In this document: piece after piece, positions 62,760 through 64,000 of the stretch
Layout: the number at the start of each line of letters is the position of its first letter
Numbering within the stretch: the stretch's first letter is position 1
NCBI GenBank assembly: GCA_030704615.1
Contig: CM060733.1
Span: forward strand, 72,354,001-72,418,000
Direction: 5' to 3'
Length of the DNA stretch: 64,000 nucleotides
DNA from: Takakia lepidozioides
Taxonomy: Eukaryota > Plantae > Bryophyta
Translations under genes and position numbers: made by a program
The notes under the pieces: model-generated
Databases searched by the model: none
Told to the model about the DNA's origin: nothing
The model's input: the letters and a program-made list of their open reading frames with translations, nothing else

Positions 62760-63344
62760 CCTCCCGGCGTCTGGCCTGTTGCACCGAGTTGAAACCTCTC
62801 TTAGAATGAGGCGGATGCTCTTTCTGCAGCAGGATTTCAAATGGTGCAACGCACGGACGTCCCGGTCCATCCATTTCCAGTTCCTCAGACCCAGCCATTG
62901 CAGACTGTGAGGTCCAGTAGAGACGGATTGGACAATTCTGCACATCCCACAATGCGATTCGGAAGAGTGAAGAGACGACACCCTCCCAACAAGTTGAATG
63001 AGACTCGGATTGCAAATGCTCTTGGGATGACTTGCACTATTCAGAGCTCCATGGACGTACCCGCACCCGACCTTGGGCGTGTTTATCGGATGGCAACGGC
63101 CGGCTCAGCTGTACGTGACGACGTATACACAATTATAATCGGAGTGGAGCCAACATGTAATTGTACGGACTTTTCGTTGATGGAAGCAAAGGAGGAGACG
63201 AAGTATTATCCGTGCAAGCATCTATATTACATTTACCTGAAGAGGCTGAGGATGGACTTGAGTATTGATGACTTTGTTCATGCACCAACGTTGAGCGTGA
63301 ACGAGCTGCACAAACTCCTCGGCAGGGATTCCAGAAATCATTGA
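62760..63344 (+). pseudogene. SWIM zinc-finger transposon protein C-terminus, third diverged copy
   Basis: PPGVWPVAPS*NLS*NEADALSAAGF (compare PPTVWPIKVGTHLTSQEIAMLEEAGF) in frame with YTIIIGVEPTCNCTDF...YPCKHLYYIY...FVHAPTLS. Confidence 0.75.
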
Positions 63345-63559
63345 TGGGGCAAAGGGAATCCACCATATGGATATTTTCAATTGCATTTTTATGCATTAGA
63401 CTTTGTTTTGCAGTGTAATGAAATCCACCCCAAAACTCCAGGAATGAGACCTGCAATGTTGAAGTAATCTCTTTCAAACACATTATAGACTTCTGGATAT
63501 CCGTTGACGTCCAGTGGCAGTTCAATAATAAGATGGCGGCAAGATGAATTTGCAGATCT

Positions 63560-64000
63560 TCCAAAAAACTGAGTTCCAATAGTAGCAGTTGTGAGGGCCA
63601 TTTCTGGAAATATGGCGCCGAATTTCAACATGTGTGTAGTCCTGGGCACCATCTCCCGAAATTTGGCGCCGCATTTCCAATTTTTGGGCCAACACACTTG
63701 ACATGCAGGGATCTATAGCCGCAAAATTCGGCACCATTTTTCGCTGGAGGCACCTATTACCGCGAAATACGTCGCCATTTTCTTCGGTTACGGAACCTAT
63801 TACTGTGAAATTCGGCGCCATTTTCACAGATGTCGCTCGCAATTTCCATGAGCGCAAGAGAAAATATCATGAGCACGGCTCCCAAAACTTCAATTTCAGC
63901 TTCACACAATGAATATTATATTATTATTGTTCTGACACATTCCATTAAAATATTGTTTTTAATGTTTTTTAATTCCAATATTTGAACTTCTACTCATGAA
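63560..64000 (+). repeat. Transposon terminal/subterminal region (GGCGCCGAATTT repeats), running off the window
   Basis: Inverted homolog of 54030-54405. Confidence 0.7.

Overview
Repeat-rich nuclear DNA of a land plant, most likely a bryophyte or moss (inferred from GT-AG introns, a moss-like PIF fragment and the TE families). Probable host genes: the last two exons of a trigger-factor-domain gene (276-851), a small conserved plant ORF (2184-2588) and an intact fasciclin-like arabinogalactan protein gene (33896-34816). A PIF pseudogene is split by a full-length 13.4-kb Ty3/Gypsy non-chromovirus retrotransposon (8151-21527, TSD CTTCA) that has unexplained extra ORFs before gag and after integrase. 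The rest is nested TE material: a Mutator-like (MULE) region with a Ulp1 protease, a stand-alone HECT C-lobe and unknown ORFs; an 849-bp CACTA element; a rearranged second copy of the LTR family (37930-50768); SWIM-finger transposon ORFs; a Helitron Rep fragment; and an array of about 15 palindromes. The most striking finding is an intron-containing gene with an open spliced frame (48445->46523) for a prokaryote-type beta-class amino (N4-C/N6-A) DNA-methyltransferase-fold protein. It occurs twice, each time directly upstream of a SWIM-finger transposon ORF, which makes it a candidate transposon-borne DNA-modification module. All family assignments come from reading motifs by eye; no database search was run.
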